The notes under the pieces were generated by a model. It did no database searches. It had not been told where the DNA came from and was given only the letters and a program-made list of their open reading frames with translations. Positions 53,501 through 63,783 of a DNA stretch of 64,000 nt are shown piece by piece. Each line of letters opens with the position of its first letter. Positions within the stretch are counted from its first letter, which is position 1. Origin of the DNA: an uncultured virus (IMG/VR IMGVR_UViG_2061766007_002377) (Duplodnaviria > Heunggongvirae > Uroviricota > Caudoviricetes); the IMG/VR virus record IMGVR_UViG_2061766007_002377. One strand, written 5' to 3'. The translations under genes and the position numbers were made by a program.

Positions 53501-53574
53501 CCGACCAAATAGCTGATGCGGTTGCCAGAAAAATTGAGTTCAACAACCGCACAGGACATTATTCATACGCATAA
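50572..53574 (+). CDS. Tape measure protein
   Basis: 1000 aa, helical, follows G/GT. Confidence 0.85.
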   Translation: MAELKIKITADAKPASEALSNLSGNVKKFRNELLKSNSIEEAEQGTLDRYVEAVRLRNEYDRATKSQMQALRSESKHLSEEIFILSKRFGEDNDTVRTFREQLAGTKQEMENFTANMDDAGNASGKTGLKLLSVAKNILKFQLLMGPITSVVRGFRTTLSDSVKLAGEAEQRFSKLATVFDGFGDSAKRMAQSLASSIGVANSXXXXXXXXXXXXXXXXXXXESLSTAASWVSAFQDIIAFKDINMSLEEFAQNFMSGAAGNLRNFRTFGSIVKESAVQAELAKKGLDKLTGSELELAKMTTRANMALEQQKNAMGATEREWNTMLSVNRRLNEAQKQFKENLGDELNQTLKPMRTVLTDILDAWNNIVKAKERYANVKAGTLEATPQYDENSSSQRMALQQMIIENRAGIRQGNSMVYNMTGDIASRIAAATGASLVQVLDMFEKMGGVDSRNYDRDQILKQAAESLAAIVQQQKDQSQIESNLGTIRSMVQGADNFIELLASITGAGGGINAQNLSWMETLKYNINGKEIVQKKIAEYINENITGAMESISSADLASWSDAISEALGESDMDAMLKGRAESFRQFYEALHNYFSKDGVLSEDEISRLGDIRIAYQEAKKAAEDYMASLQAQASLQSYGDRLRTSALVATGMDASEAGVRVSWANELAEIGKLFKELGTNTIEINGQMYKQKDLIALVNEQYNEQIDKIKEANKAMTSWENALAQVKDSPLFKSIDQFKTDFAAGKEWAAGKGATEGAANAAGVGAGIAGFLATLATQTETFQKFMDILQPAIETMNNFLKPLQPAIEAIGEAISYMVYAILKPLWDSKVIQIIATALLTIGKVVETIAAAVTNVGRGIGNFFRGLFGMEKKAYEDIGAIWDDYYTTLDQIWGATFQIAKNTDPSNDERLKAYQEMYQKQMITESEFSALLRGIQGARYDSVRTSGSYAWNNGRAGTTNVYYGDLKFTINGTNLSADQIADAVARKIEFNNRTGHYSYA

Positions 53575-53586
53575 TTGAGGTAGCAC

Positions 53587-55037
53587 ATGGCATATACATA
53601 TTCACTTGTTGTAAACGGAACAGACTACAATCTTGCAGAGTTTGTAGATTCTTCAACACTGTCTATTGTAAAGCCTTTCTGCTCCAAATCCAAAAAGAGC
53701 GGCAAAGGAACCATGAGCGTGACAATCAAAGGTGCGGCAAACAAAACTGCCTATCGCTCTTTCATGCAAGACCTTCTGATTCATGCCACTCAGACAAAGC
53801 AGGTCAATGACTGTCCTTTGCGTGTCAGTTGTGACGGGACTGTTGTGTTTTCCGGCTACCTTGATAAATCCTGCATAGACATCAAGAGCAAGAAGATTCC
53901 CGAATGGCTTGTTTTGGCAGGAATTGACAAAAGCCATCTTCTTGACCGCAAAATCCGCATAAACCGCTACTGGGAAAATCAGAGCAGAAACACTATTATC
54001 AGCGACCTCTTTTCCGCCCTTTCAACAGAGTGCGGCTTGTCGCTTTCCGTTGCCTCAAGCGAGATTCCGAATACAGAAGTGGTAGGCAACTTCTGCGTAA
54101 CCGAAAGCAAGGAACAAACCTACAGAGACGTAATTGATACCATTATTTTTGAGGCAATCGGTTACGTTCTTTTCTTTGACCCCGCCTCAGATGCGTTCAG
54201 AATCAAGAGCATACCTACAAGCGTATCAGGTCTTTCCCCCAGGGAAGTAACATTCCTTATCGAGAACGGCCTTGTGTCACGCAGTGTTATCTATGACAAT
54301 GACGGCATACTTCTTTCCTATCCTACAATCGTGGAAAGGGCAAATACCAACGTGTATGCCGAGAACATAAACCTTTCTTTTGACGAGAACAACCGTGTTA
54401 TCGGAGATACCGTCATTCCCGGAGAATACTTCCCTCACGATGCAGATGTGAAGGAAATCTATCAGACCTTCCGCCTTGCAGACAGACCGTATGTGTCCGG
54501 TGAAAGCCGTGTTGAGAATCAGGACCTTTCCCTGTTGTATGCAAAGAATGTCACAGTCAGCATACAGGCAAACCCGGCTCTGACTCTTGCCCCTGCCCTT
54601 CCCAATGTTCACTGGGACGGGACCGTTGAAATCTATCCTGATAAGGCAAGGGCAATCTATGTCAACAATGCCGTGGGAGAGAACAGCAACGTCACTGTTT
54701 TTGGTTACACCGCAACGGCAGTCTACATTGACTACTACAACAAAATCACCTACCCCAAGGCCTGTGCCAATCCGCAGGAATACAAGGTGCAAACAATCAC
54801 CGACCCAAACAAGGCCAAGGCTTTTGCAAACTGGCTGTACAACTCAAACAACTACGGCGCATCCACAAGCCAGTGGAGCGAGTACAACAGCAGTGCATAT
54901 CTGGGAGAAGTGGTAAACGTAATTCACAAGGACACAGGCGTACAAATGCCTCATGTCATTGTGCAGATAACGGATGAGAGCATAGACGGCTCAAGAGTCC
55001 GCAAGAGCAACATTGTTGCCATATCCATTTACTCATG
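53587..55037 (+). CDS. Putative baseplate hub/distal tail protein (3' end lost in gap)
   Basis: Position after tape measure; GAGG RBS. Confidence 0.5.
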
Positions 55038-55123
55038 NNNNNNNNNNNNNNNNNNNNNNNNNNNNNNNNNNNNNNNNNNNNNNNNNNNNNNNNNNNNNNN
55101 NNNNNNNNNNNNNNNNNNNNNNN

Positions 55124-58100
55124 CACATCCAAGGATGAGCTTATAGGCGGCACATGGCTTGATGAACTGCCTTCCACATACACAGGCTATGTCTGGTACA
55201 GAACAAAATACATCTACTCCAACGGAACCGTCACTTACTCGCAGTACGCTCACTATCTGACCACGGCAGAGATAGACGCTCCGTGGGTGCTGACTACGTT
55301 CTACGCCGTCTCTTCATCTAATGACTGGGAACAGGCAGACACAACACAGCCCCCGGTGCAGGGCGTGACATACTATGAGAGACTTCTTGACGGCTCTCTG
55401 AAAGAGGCAGATGTGTCCGATGGTTGGGTCACGGGCATCTCATATTATTTCATCCCGGACTGCACAGCATGGGGCAATTCTATTCCTTCTTCATGGAGAC
55501 ATGGGTTGTACGTCTGGACAAGGGACAATATCAACTACACGCTCAACGGCACAACGCAGCGCATGACTCCCGTGTTTTCGGCCTCTGCCACATCAGATGC
55601 AGAGAAAACCTGCAAGTTTGTAGTCACTCCGTCTTCCTACACATGGGCCAAGAACAAGAGAGCCGTGGATTCTGATTCCGTCATTGTCACATTCGGCTAT
55701 GAGATTCAGGGTTACGGAGAGAGCGTGGAGCCTTTGATTACCGTTCCTTCCGGGTACGATATAGAGACAGACAACAACTCCATTAAGTTCAACAGTGCAA
55801 TAACCTTGGACAGAATGGAAATATTTGTCAGCCTTGCACAGTTCCCGGACGTGACCCCTGTGAAAATAGTTCTGGAGAGCGTTGACGTCACGGACGAGCC
55901 TACATACCTTGGAATACTGAGTGCAATGCCGAGTGCGGACAATACCCGGTTTTCACGTTTCCTTGCAGGAGACCACTTTGTTGCCAACGGCATCACAGGT
56001 AAGACAGACCTCATGCCCTATGTATATGACGGTGTTTCTTGGGTTGCACCGAGCAGAAACGGCGTGTACGGCCCTATGGCCTACATCCAGATTCTGTACA
56101 ACTGTGTCCATGACATATTCTCCAACGCACAGGACGTATATACGCTCTGCGGTACAGGGGCAACGGCACAGGAAGGGGTTTCATACTATCAGCAGATAGA
56201 CGGAGTGTGGACTGGCGTTGTCGTGCGTACAGGAGAAGATGTATCTACCCTGTACACCAAGGGAACCAACGTGCCTTCTCAGGTGTTGGAATACTACAAC
56301 TATCAGGCGGAGATTATCTCTGACTATGTAGCATCCAATGACATTCAGCTTGTCGAGCAGACTGACCCGGTAACAGGCAAGACCAAGGTAGGCAAGATAA
56401 GAAGCGCAGGCTATGAGAAGGGAACGGTCAAGAAGCTCATTGAAACAGCACAGGGCGGTCAGTCTCTTGCCTCTTACAAGCAGGGATTCTACGGAGACAC
56501 TGACGGAAACTTTGAGGCCTTTGACGCATGGCTGTACAGAGCCAACATCTACAATGCGAACATTGTAGGAGAACTGCGCAATGACCTCTTTTTCACAAAC
56601 CTTGAAGCCAAGGTCGGAGCGACATACACGCAAAGTACACTGACCAATGAATCATGGTCGGGAACCAAAGCTCTTGAGTCTGTCCGCACTGCTATCGGAA
56701 GCGGTAACGTGGAAAAGGTACTGAGCATGGGTGCGCACTATCCCACTCAGGGCAATCAGTACAGCCTTGGAATGTTGGTGGACAATCCGGCAAGGGCAGT
56801 AGAAGCGTCTGTCAATGCAGGGGCAACCTTCACATCTCCCATATTTACGGCCTTTACTGCAAGCCTTCCTTTGTTCAACTCCGGCAACGTGCCTGTAAGC
56901 GGTGGAGATATCTACTACGGCAGTGTGCTGACCAACCGCAAGAGGTGGGCTATCTCATCCCTGTATGAGAATACCGATATTACCGAGAACGTAATCAATG
57001 CAAGTGGTATCTCTTGGAACGGCACCAACCTTGGTTTTGCAAGGGTGACTAATCCTGAGGCAACGGCTGTTAACGGATATTCTACGAGCCACAGTTCTGG
57101 TAACGACAGTCGTTATGACGATTCATGGAGTTTTACTATTCCTAATGGATTCAGAAATGCAACTATGAATTTCTCAGGAAATAGAAAGCAGGGCCGTCAA
57201 ACTTCATGGTTCCAGACTTTATATCGTCAGGGTTCAATGAGAATTTCTATAAATGGGGCAAGTTCATATTATATTGGTGCAACGGAAAACGGTAGTGTTC
57301 CGTTTAGTAGCTCTCTCACAGTAAACGCAGGAGATACTATTACTGTTGCATGGGGCAATGCCGCAGGTAGAACGTCTACAACAGACGAGGTATGGGGAAG
57401 TATCTCTATCTCTATTGCTGCTCAGACCTTTGCCGCTCAGGGAATGGATACAACGGGTTTCTACACCTTCACAACAACCACACAGAACGGATATACCCGT
57501 GTTGACACAGCCATCAACCGCAACAACCATCCTATCTACTATCAGGAGAACAACACTGACACTTACTACGAAAAGGCAACGGTAACGCTTTCCTCTCCCT
57601 CATGGAGCAGTGAGAATCATCTTCTGAGCGCAACGGTGAATTATACCTATGAGAAGTACCAGACAGGCTTGAACCTTCTTAACTCCACCGGAGAGAGACA
57701 GCAGACCGTCACCACAGGAGCGCACCCTGTCTCTGAATACTTTGACGTTACCTATGCCGGGACAGTGCGCTACAAGTCCGACACGGCACAGCACTATTGG
57801 CACATTAACAGTGCCGGAATACTGACAAGAAGTGCAACACAAGAAGAACCCGCAAAACAGATTGACAGTGCAAAGATATTTGCCATTGACTCCTGTACGG
57901 CGTACTACAAACTCTTTGGGGACAACTCAAGGCGCAACATCACAGGCGTTACCGGAGTTATCTGGACAAATACTTCAATCATCTTTGAAACAAGTAACGG
58001 CAACGTGATTGTCACAACCTCTGACTGGGTGGAAGAGTTCTATGTGAATCTTGTCTCGCAGTCCCAGAGAAGAGGAAACTTTGCGGACACGATTCTGCCG

Positions 58101-58973
58101 ATAATGGGAGAAGAAGACAGGAAAAAGCAAGACCCGGTTAAGGAAATAAATCTCGGCTCTGAGGAAAATCGTTTTGATGAAGGGTATCTAAAAAGGTTAG
58201 GCTCAGGTAATGTTCCCACGGAGATTGTTTATACCGAGAATCTCGGACAACTTGTCTCAGTTCCAGGCTCTTCTATTGCATCCTTTGAGCCAAGCCTTGT
58301 TTACTATGAGTATGACTCTGCCAAGGATGAATATATTGCCACAACGGACAGCACTCCCAACAGCAGCAAGACCTACTACAATGTTTATTCAGTGACTGAT
58401 GCCTATGTTAAGAATCAGTGGACAGTGACCCCGGAAAAGATTTCCAAGAACGCAGGTGGTGGAAGAATCCCCGGCACTGTGTTCTGGTATGCAGGGTCAG
58501 CAAACGACATTCCTGAAGGAACGCTTTTGTGCAACGGCGCAACTGTGCTCATTGCGGACTATCAAAACCTCTTTGACGCAATAGGTACAACTTTCGGGGG
58601 AAATGGCACTACCAACTTCAAACTTCCTGACTTCTTCCATGCAACTGACCCGGACAACAGTACGGTCAGTACAGGCTTGTTCATCAGGGCCACAGACGGC
58701 AGTTCCTTGGGTGCTGTGGGTAGTAAACAGTATGATGCGATAAGAAACATTACTGGAGACTTCTCCCACCGTACAGACAATGAGAGCATTCCTTTTGCAG
58801 GTGCTAATGGTGCATTTGCCCTTGACAACTATATATCGCACACCAATACCACAGGTATAGAATCAGGATATAACCGTTATTTCAAAGTCACTTTCAACGC
58901 TTCAAGAATAGTCAGAACCTCTGTAGATAATCGGCCATACAATATGTCCTTATTACCCCTAATATGCTATTAA
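55124..58973 (+). CDS. Tail fibre/receptor-binding protein with tail-collar domain and switchable C-terminus
   Basis: IPGTVFWYAG..IPEGTLLCNGA..YQNLFDAIGTTFG..FKLPD collar motif; DAIRNITG...NRPYN.SLLP.I.Y tip. Confidence 0.85.
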
Positions 58974-61372
58974 GGGGAGCATTGAAATATTATACGGGTG
59001 AATATCAAGACTATCTGCATGAGTTGACATAGGGTTGTCTGTAAAATTGCCATTATTGGCATTAGAAAATATTGTTTCCATGTTTATATATCCGTAATTA
59101 CCCGAACCAAACAAATAATTATAGGCATTCGTAATACTATGTTTCCACGAACCTATGCTTGTTGCACTTTGGCGATAAACAAACAAACCAGTTGCACTTC
59201 CAGTAATGTTTCTTAATATGCGATTAAAGGTAACAGCCCAATATTATATGGCCTATTTTCTAAGGCCGTGCGTACAATGCGAGACGCATCCATAACTATC
59301 CAGTTTAAGTGATTGGAAGAAGATGAAAAACGGTCATTTGTAGAATAAAAAGCCGTGTCTTGATGTATGGCGTACAAGGCTCCATCCCAGTTGCCGTTGT
59401 GCATGATTATACCACCACCAGAGACATCATCCCATGACGTGCGTATTTGTCCAGTAATGTTTCTTATGACTCTTCAATTTCTGAGAGATAATCGAATGGA
59501 CTTTCTTCTTCACAGTTGTCCTCAACGGTTTCTGTTCGGAGGTGGTCCAGAGCCTCTTCTCCATACTCTGCCACAATTTGTGCTTTCAATTCATTGGCCT
59601 GTGCTTCCCACAGATTAAGGTTTGGTCTTTCCTGTGCAAGCCTCTGGAGTTCTGATTTGTAGAAGGCTTCCTTTTCTGGATCAGAAGCATATCCGTTCTC
59701 AAACTCATAAAGTCTCCGGGCGTAATAGTCTGTGTCCTCAAGTTCTTTCTTGAGAGTTTCGTACTGCTCCTCAAGCTCTACAACCTGATTGCAGATTTCC
59801 GGCTTGTCCATCTTCTCCCATTCTCTGTCGGCAGGCTTGTCTCCGAGGGTGGTCATATATTCCTCTTCAGCCCACCAGAACTTCTCAGGGTTGTAGAAAG
59901 GCTTACCGCCTGAGTAGGTTCCTGTTTCGTCAAGGTGCTTGCGGTAGTCCGGTTTGATTACCCACTTTTCTCCGTCCCAACAAACAGCCTCAAACTCACC
60001 CTTTTCAGGTGGTTCCATCCATGTGCAGTTTGCAGGGAGAAGAAACTCTCCTTCATGTTTGGGGTTTTCCTGTGCGTATGCGGTTCCTGTGTATTCTCCG
60101 TTCTGTGCGTATCTGTAACAAGTTTTAATGGTCATGTTTGGTACCTCTAAATTGATTATACAATTACTATTAAGATAACTCTATATGCAAGGATAAGAAA
60201 CATTACTGGAACAATCAGGACATACCATGATACTTCATCAAATTATGCTTTTCCGACTGGAGCCTTGTATGCTGCATCAGGACAAACCAAAGGAAACAGT
60301 AATGCTTGGAATACATCATGGGATATTGGACTCGATGCTTCAAGAGTTGTGCCAACAGGGACAGACAACCATCCCTATAATATGAAGTTATTACCCCTAA
60401 TTGTCTATTAAAGTAAGAAACATTAGCGGTTCATTCTATGGTGGTGCTAGGCGAAACGGCAATTCTAGTGACTATTTAGGGGCATTCACAGGAGCAACAA
60501 ATTCTGGCGTTAAACTGACAACAGGTAGCAATGCCGATTTGGCAAAGTTTCTCTTTAACGCTTCTGGCTCTGTGCGTACAGCCTCAGACAACCGTCCCTA
60601 TAACATCTCATTGCTCCCCGTAATAAGTTACTAAGAAACATTACTGGAGAGTGTGAATTTTCTTTTGTTTGGCCTTCATTTGTTGGAGAACCTAATAGCG
60701 CAATTTATCTAATAGAAAGAGCTGTAGATAAGACAGCAGCTTCTGGCTCTGCCCTTGGGACTCGAAATGTGAGCATTGTTTTTAATGCCTCTCGTACAAC
60801 AAGCACATCACCCGAAAACCGTCCATATAACATTTCTATGCTTCCTCTTATTCACTATTAAGAAACATTACTGGTGTAATGAATAAGACCAAGGGTGACA
60901 ATATGTACCTTAACGCCCAAACTTACGAAATATCAACTAATGGCGTTTTATATATCTCGTCTTCACAATACGATACATGGGCATCAGGTACTGGCGGTGG
61001 AACAGTTGTGAAAGGAATTGGTATCAATGCAAACGCAGGAAGTACATCAAATAACCCAATGTCAGGCCACGCAGTTGGCCCAGATGTCCGTCCTTATAAC
61101 ATCTCAATGCTCCCGTTAATATGCTATTAAGGGCAACATCTTGATATTATACGGGTGGATGTCGCTTCCCGAAGCATGACGATACATTGGGTTGCCATAA
61201 GACGAGGTATCAGCATTAGCATTAAGGTAAAGATATCTTCCAGCATGGTTTCCTGCGTTACTTGCAGCTGCCCCGTATGATGCTGATGTATAGAAAGCCC
61301 CATTAAATCCGGTAGAAGAACCTGCTGCCTCCATAATAATCCATTTCTCTACACTTCCAGTAATGTTTCTTA
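58741..61372. mobile_element. Multiple-inversion cassette locus (tail-fibre shufflon) with 8 tip variants
   Basis: TAAGAAACATTACTGGA-type sites at +58741, -59199, -59450, +60194, +60414, +60632, +60859, -61356, each opening an RNI(T/S)G...PYN..LLP.I.Y* frame. Confidence 0.9.
59464..60135 (-). CDS. Tail fibre assembly chaperone-like protein inside the cassette locus
   Basis: GEY.G, LLPANCT..EPP, WDGEKW...DYR, L..TDY motifs; AGAGG RBS. Confidence 0.7.
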   Translation of the reverse strand: MTIKTCYRYAQNGEYTGTAYAQENPKHEGEFLLPANCTWMEPPEKGEFEAVCWDGEKWVIKPDYRKHLDETGTYSGGKPFYNPEKFWWAEEEYMTTLGDKPADREWEKMDKPEICNQVVELEEQYETLKKELEDTDYYARRLYEFENGYASDPEKEAFYKSELQRLAQERPNLNLWEAQANELKAQIVAEYGEEALDHLRTETVEDNCEEESPFDYLSEIEES

Positions 61373-61431
61373 TCACCCATATCTGTTTAACAAGCGAATC
61401 CTTATTAAACAAACTGCTGTCTTTTGTTTAA

Positions 61432-62208
61432 TCACCAATCCACCAACCTACTCATCCTCTTTGACACACTCTGCACAGTGACCCTGAGATACCTCAAAGT
61501 GGTCTGGATATTTCTGTGGCCTAAGAGGTCTTTCACCAAATAGATGTCCCGTGTCTTGGCATAAACCTTCCGTGCAAAGTACCGCCTCAGCTCATGCGGA
61601 GAAACCTTTGCCTTAATCCTTAACTTCTTCTGCAAGGTCTTGAGCTTGACCATGATGTAATTGTCCGGCCACAGCATGATTTTCTCTGTGTTCTGACGGC
61701 CTTTCAATAGGGGAAGTACATCCTGTCTCATCATAAGCGGAAACCATACAGTCCTTGATTTGGTGCCTTTTCCGACAATCTCTTTTCTGGTGCAGTTCCG
61801 CAGGTCTCCGACAGTCACCTGATATGACTCCGTGATACGCAGTCCTGTGCCGGAGAGAAGTCTGATTGCAACAAGCCAATCTGTTTGCTCGGTGTTTGCT
61901 AGAAAGGTCAGTATCTTGCCGTATTCCTTATCCGTCAGCACGTTCTCTGCAAAGATAGGCTCCTGAATACGCACCAAGGGAATCTCAACATCAAGACCTT
62001 TGTATTTGGCGTACTTTCTGATTGCGTTCAGCCGGAGATTGACAGTCATGGGCTTATGGACCTGAAGGCACATCTGACGGTACAGATAGACATTCTCCGT
62101 TGTGACTTCCGGGAAGAAAGAGAAGTAATGAATCATTGATGAGGTGTAGGCTTGCACGGTGGACTCTGACAGTGCTTTGCTCTGAAGGTAGGTGGGGAAA
62201 TCTGTCAT
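61432..62208 (-). CDS. Tyrosine recombinase (putative shufflon invertase)
   Basis: TGLRITE, GKGTKSR, HELRRYFA, LGHRNIQTTLRY; no arm-binding N-domain; adjacent to the last site. Confidence 0.9.
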   Translation of the reverse strand: MTDFPTYLQSKALSESTVQAYTSSMIHYFSFFPEVTTENVYLYRQMCLQVHKPMTVNLRLNAIRKYAKYKGLDVEIPLVRIQEPIFAENVLTDKEYGKILTFLANTEQTDWLVAIRLLSGTGLRITESYQVTVGDLRNCTRKEIVGKGTKSRTVWFPLMMRQDVLPLLKGRQNTEKIMLWPDNYIMVKLKTLQKKLRIKAKVSPHELRRYFARKVYAKTRDIYLVKDLLGHRNIQTTLRYLRVTVQSVSKRMSRLVDW

Positions 62209-62254
62209 GGGGAGACTCCTGGAATAAAAAGATTGAAAGGCAGAAAAAAGCAAT

Positions 62255-62376
62255 TAGGTTACTGCGCTGCCCTACTTTATAATTAAACCAAAAGCACGGC
62301 TTTTTTCTGCATGACAGGGCCATGTCGTTGCGGATTTTCCAGACCCCTTACGAAGTACAAGAAGGGGTCTTTTTTA
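62255..62376 (+). ncRNA. Promoter-sRNA-terminator unit divergent from the recombinase
   Basis: TAGGTT-N17-TATAAT at 62255-62283; AGACCCCTT/AAGGGGTCT hairpin followed by a T run. Confidence 0.5.
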
Positions 62377-62391
62377 TGTCCTTCTGCCTTT

Positions 62392-62455
62392 TGGGAAATA
62401 TGCGGAAATATAGGGATATATACGGGTAAGTTATTCAGGTCTCCGGCTTTATATT
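62392..62455 (+). promoter_or_regulatory. Lysis-module promoter with four 10-bp repeats
   Basis: TGGGAAATAT/GCGGAAATAT/AGGGATATAT/ACGGGTAAGT then TAAGTT-N17-TATATT. Confidence 0.5.
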
Positions 62456-62477
62456 GAGAGCGTGGAGGTCTTTTGCA

Positions 62478-62939
62478 ATGGATGAAAGAGCAGAAGAAAT
62501 AATCAATAAAGCCGAAGATATGAGAGTTGAGGAAATGCGTATGCCTGAAGACCCTATTGAAAGAAGAATATTCCGTCTTGAGATTTACGAGCGGAACAAT
62601 ACCAAAGATATATCCGAACTCAAAGACCGTACAAAGAACGCACACCACCGCATTGATGAAACACAGCGCGACCTTCAGGACTTCAGAACTGAGACCAGAG
62701 AGAACTTTAAGAATATCAATACAAAGCTCGACAACATAGGCGTGAACATGGCAAAGAACGCAGAAGCGAACGACAAGAAATGGAAGAAGGTTTTTGTCGT
62801 AATGATTGTTGTTGCAATCCTAGCACTGGCAGCCTTTGCAGGAACCTTTGCAGAGAGCAGTGAAACGAGAAAGACAGTCGGAGAGATAGCCGGAAAGGTA
62901 GCCACGGTAACGGCAACGGTTGCTCCGGCAGTGTTATAA
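62478..62939 (+). CDS. Coiled-coil membrane protein (XhlA/holin-region type)
   Basis: AHHRIDE motif, C-terminal TM segment, GGAGG RBS. Confidence 0.55.
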   Translation: MDERAEEIINKAEDMRVEEMRMPEDPIERRIFRLEIYERNNTKDISELKDRTKNAHHRIDETQRDLQDFRTETRENFKNINTKLDNIGVNMAKNAEANDKKWKKVFVVMIVVAILALAAFAGTFAESSETRKTVGEIAGKVATVTATVAPAVL

Positions 62940-62968
62940 GCAATCCATTACCTATAGGAGTAAATACA

Positions 62969-63442
62969 ATGGAAAAGAAAACAATTCTTGATGTACTGGT
63001 AGCGTTTTTCGACAAATACGGCGTTACCCTTGCAATCGGACTTGTGGCCTGCATCTGCGTAGGTCTTCTGGTTGAAATCTTCAAAAAGAGTGCTTTCACG
63101 GCCCTTGAAAAGAAGGTTGAAGCAGACGAGAAGAAGAAAGCAAATGTGGCTGCAATCAAGGCAGTGTCTTCACTTGTCCTTGCCGGAATCCTGACAGCAT
63201 TTTTCCTCGGATGTATTTGGAAGAGCGACCTTCCCAAGCTCGGAAACGGCGCAGTCCTTCCCATTCATTTCACAGTCATGTATCTCTTGCAGATGGTCTT
63301 TGACTTGAAGAGTCTCAAGGGCATTGTTGACAGAATCCTTAACAGCTTTGAGAAATCTCCCAAAGAGAAGAAACCCAAGATGAAGAAGGTTGTCACATGG
63401 GTTGAGGACACTGATTCGGATAAGGGAGATATTGTTCAGTGA
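62969..63442 (+). CDS. Putative holin
   Basis: 2-3 TM segments, highly basic C-terminus. Confidence 0.5.
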   Translation: MEKKTILDVLVAFFDKYGVTLAIGLVACICVGLLVEIFKKSAFTALEKKVEADEKKKANVAAIKAVSSLVLAGILTAFFLGCIWKSDLPKLGNGAVLPIHFTVMYLLQMVFDLKSLKGIVDRILNSFEKSPKEKKPKMKKVVTWVEDTDSDKGDIVQ

Positions 63443-63783
63443 CAGGTTTTATCAACACAGGAACATTATCACTCGCAGGGGCGGTTATTGCCGTCCTTGC
63501 CCTTATTCTTTTTGGCAGAAATCTGGGAAAGAAAGCAGGTGCCAACGCCCTTGCAAAAGAAAAGGCAAAGACCCGTGAGGCCCAAACTCAGAAACAAGTC
63601 TTACAGGCTGTCTCTCAGGCATCAAGTGAAACTGCAAAGGCACAGGGCATAAGTGAAGGCGAATATAGAACAGCACAGAGCCAGATAGACTATGCAAGGC
63701 GCACAGGCGACATTGAGTTTGCCCTGCGTATAGCGTCAAACATGGCACAGAAGGCTCTGGATAAGGGAGCGACAGAGAAATGA
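63439..63783 (+). CDS. Putative inner-membrane spanin-like protein
   Basis: N-terminal TM plus Ala/Gln/Lys helical tail; followed by a lipoprotein. Confidence 0.4.
   Translation: MTGFINTGTLSLAGAVIAVLALILFGRNLGKKAGANALAKEKAKTREAQTQKQVLQAVSQASSETAKAQGISEGEYRTAQSQIDYARRTGDIEFALRIASNMAQKALDKGATEK

Noticed and set aside
58741..61372. Diversity-generating retroelement (TR/VR)
   Set aside because: No reverse transcriptase visible; cassettes differ in length and throughout, not only at adenines; inverted sites plus a recombinase explain the locus
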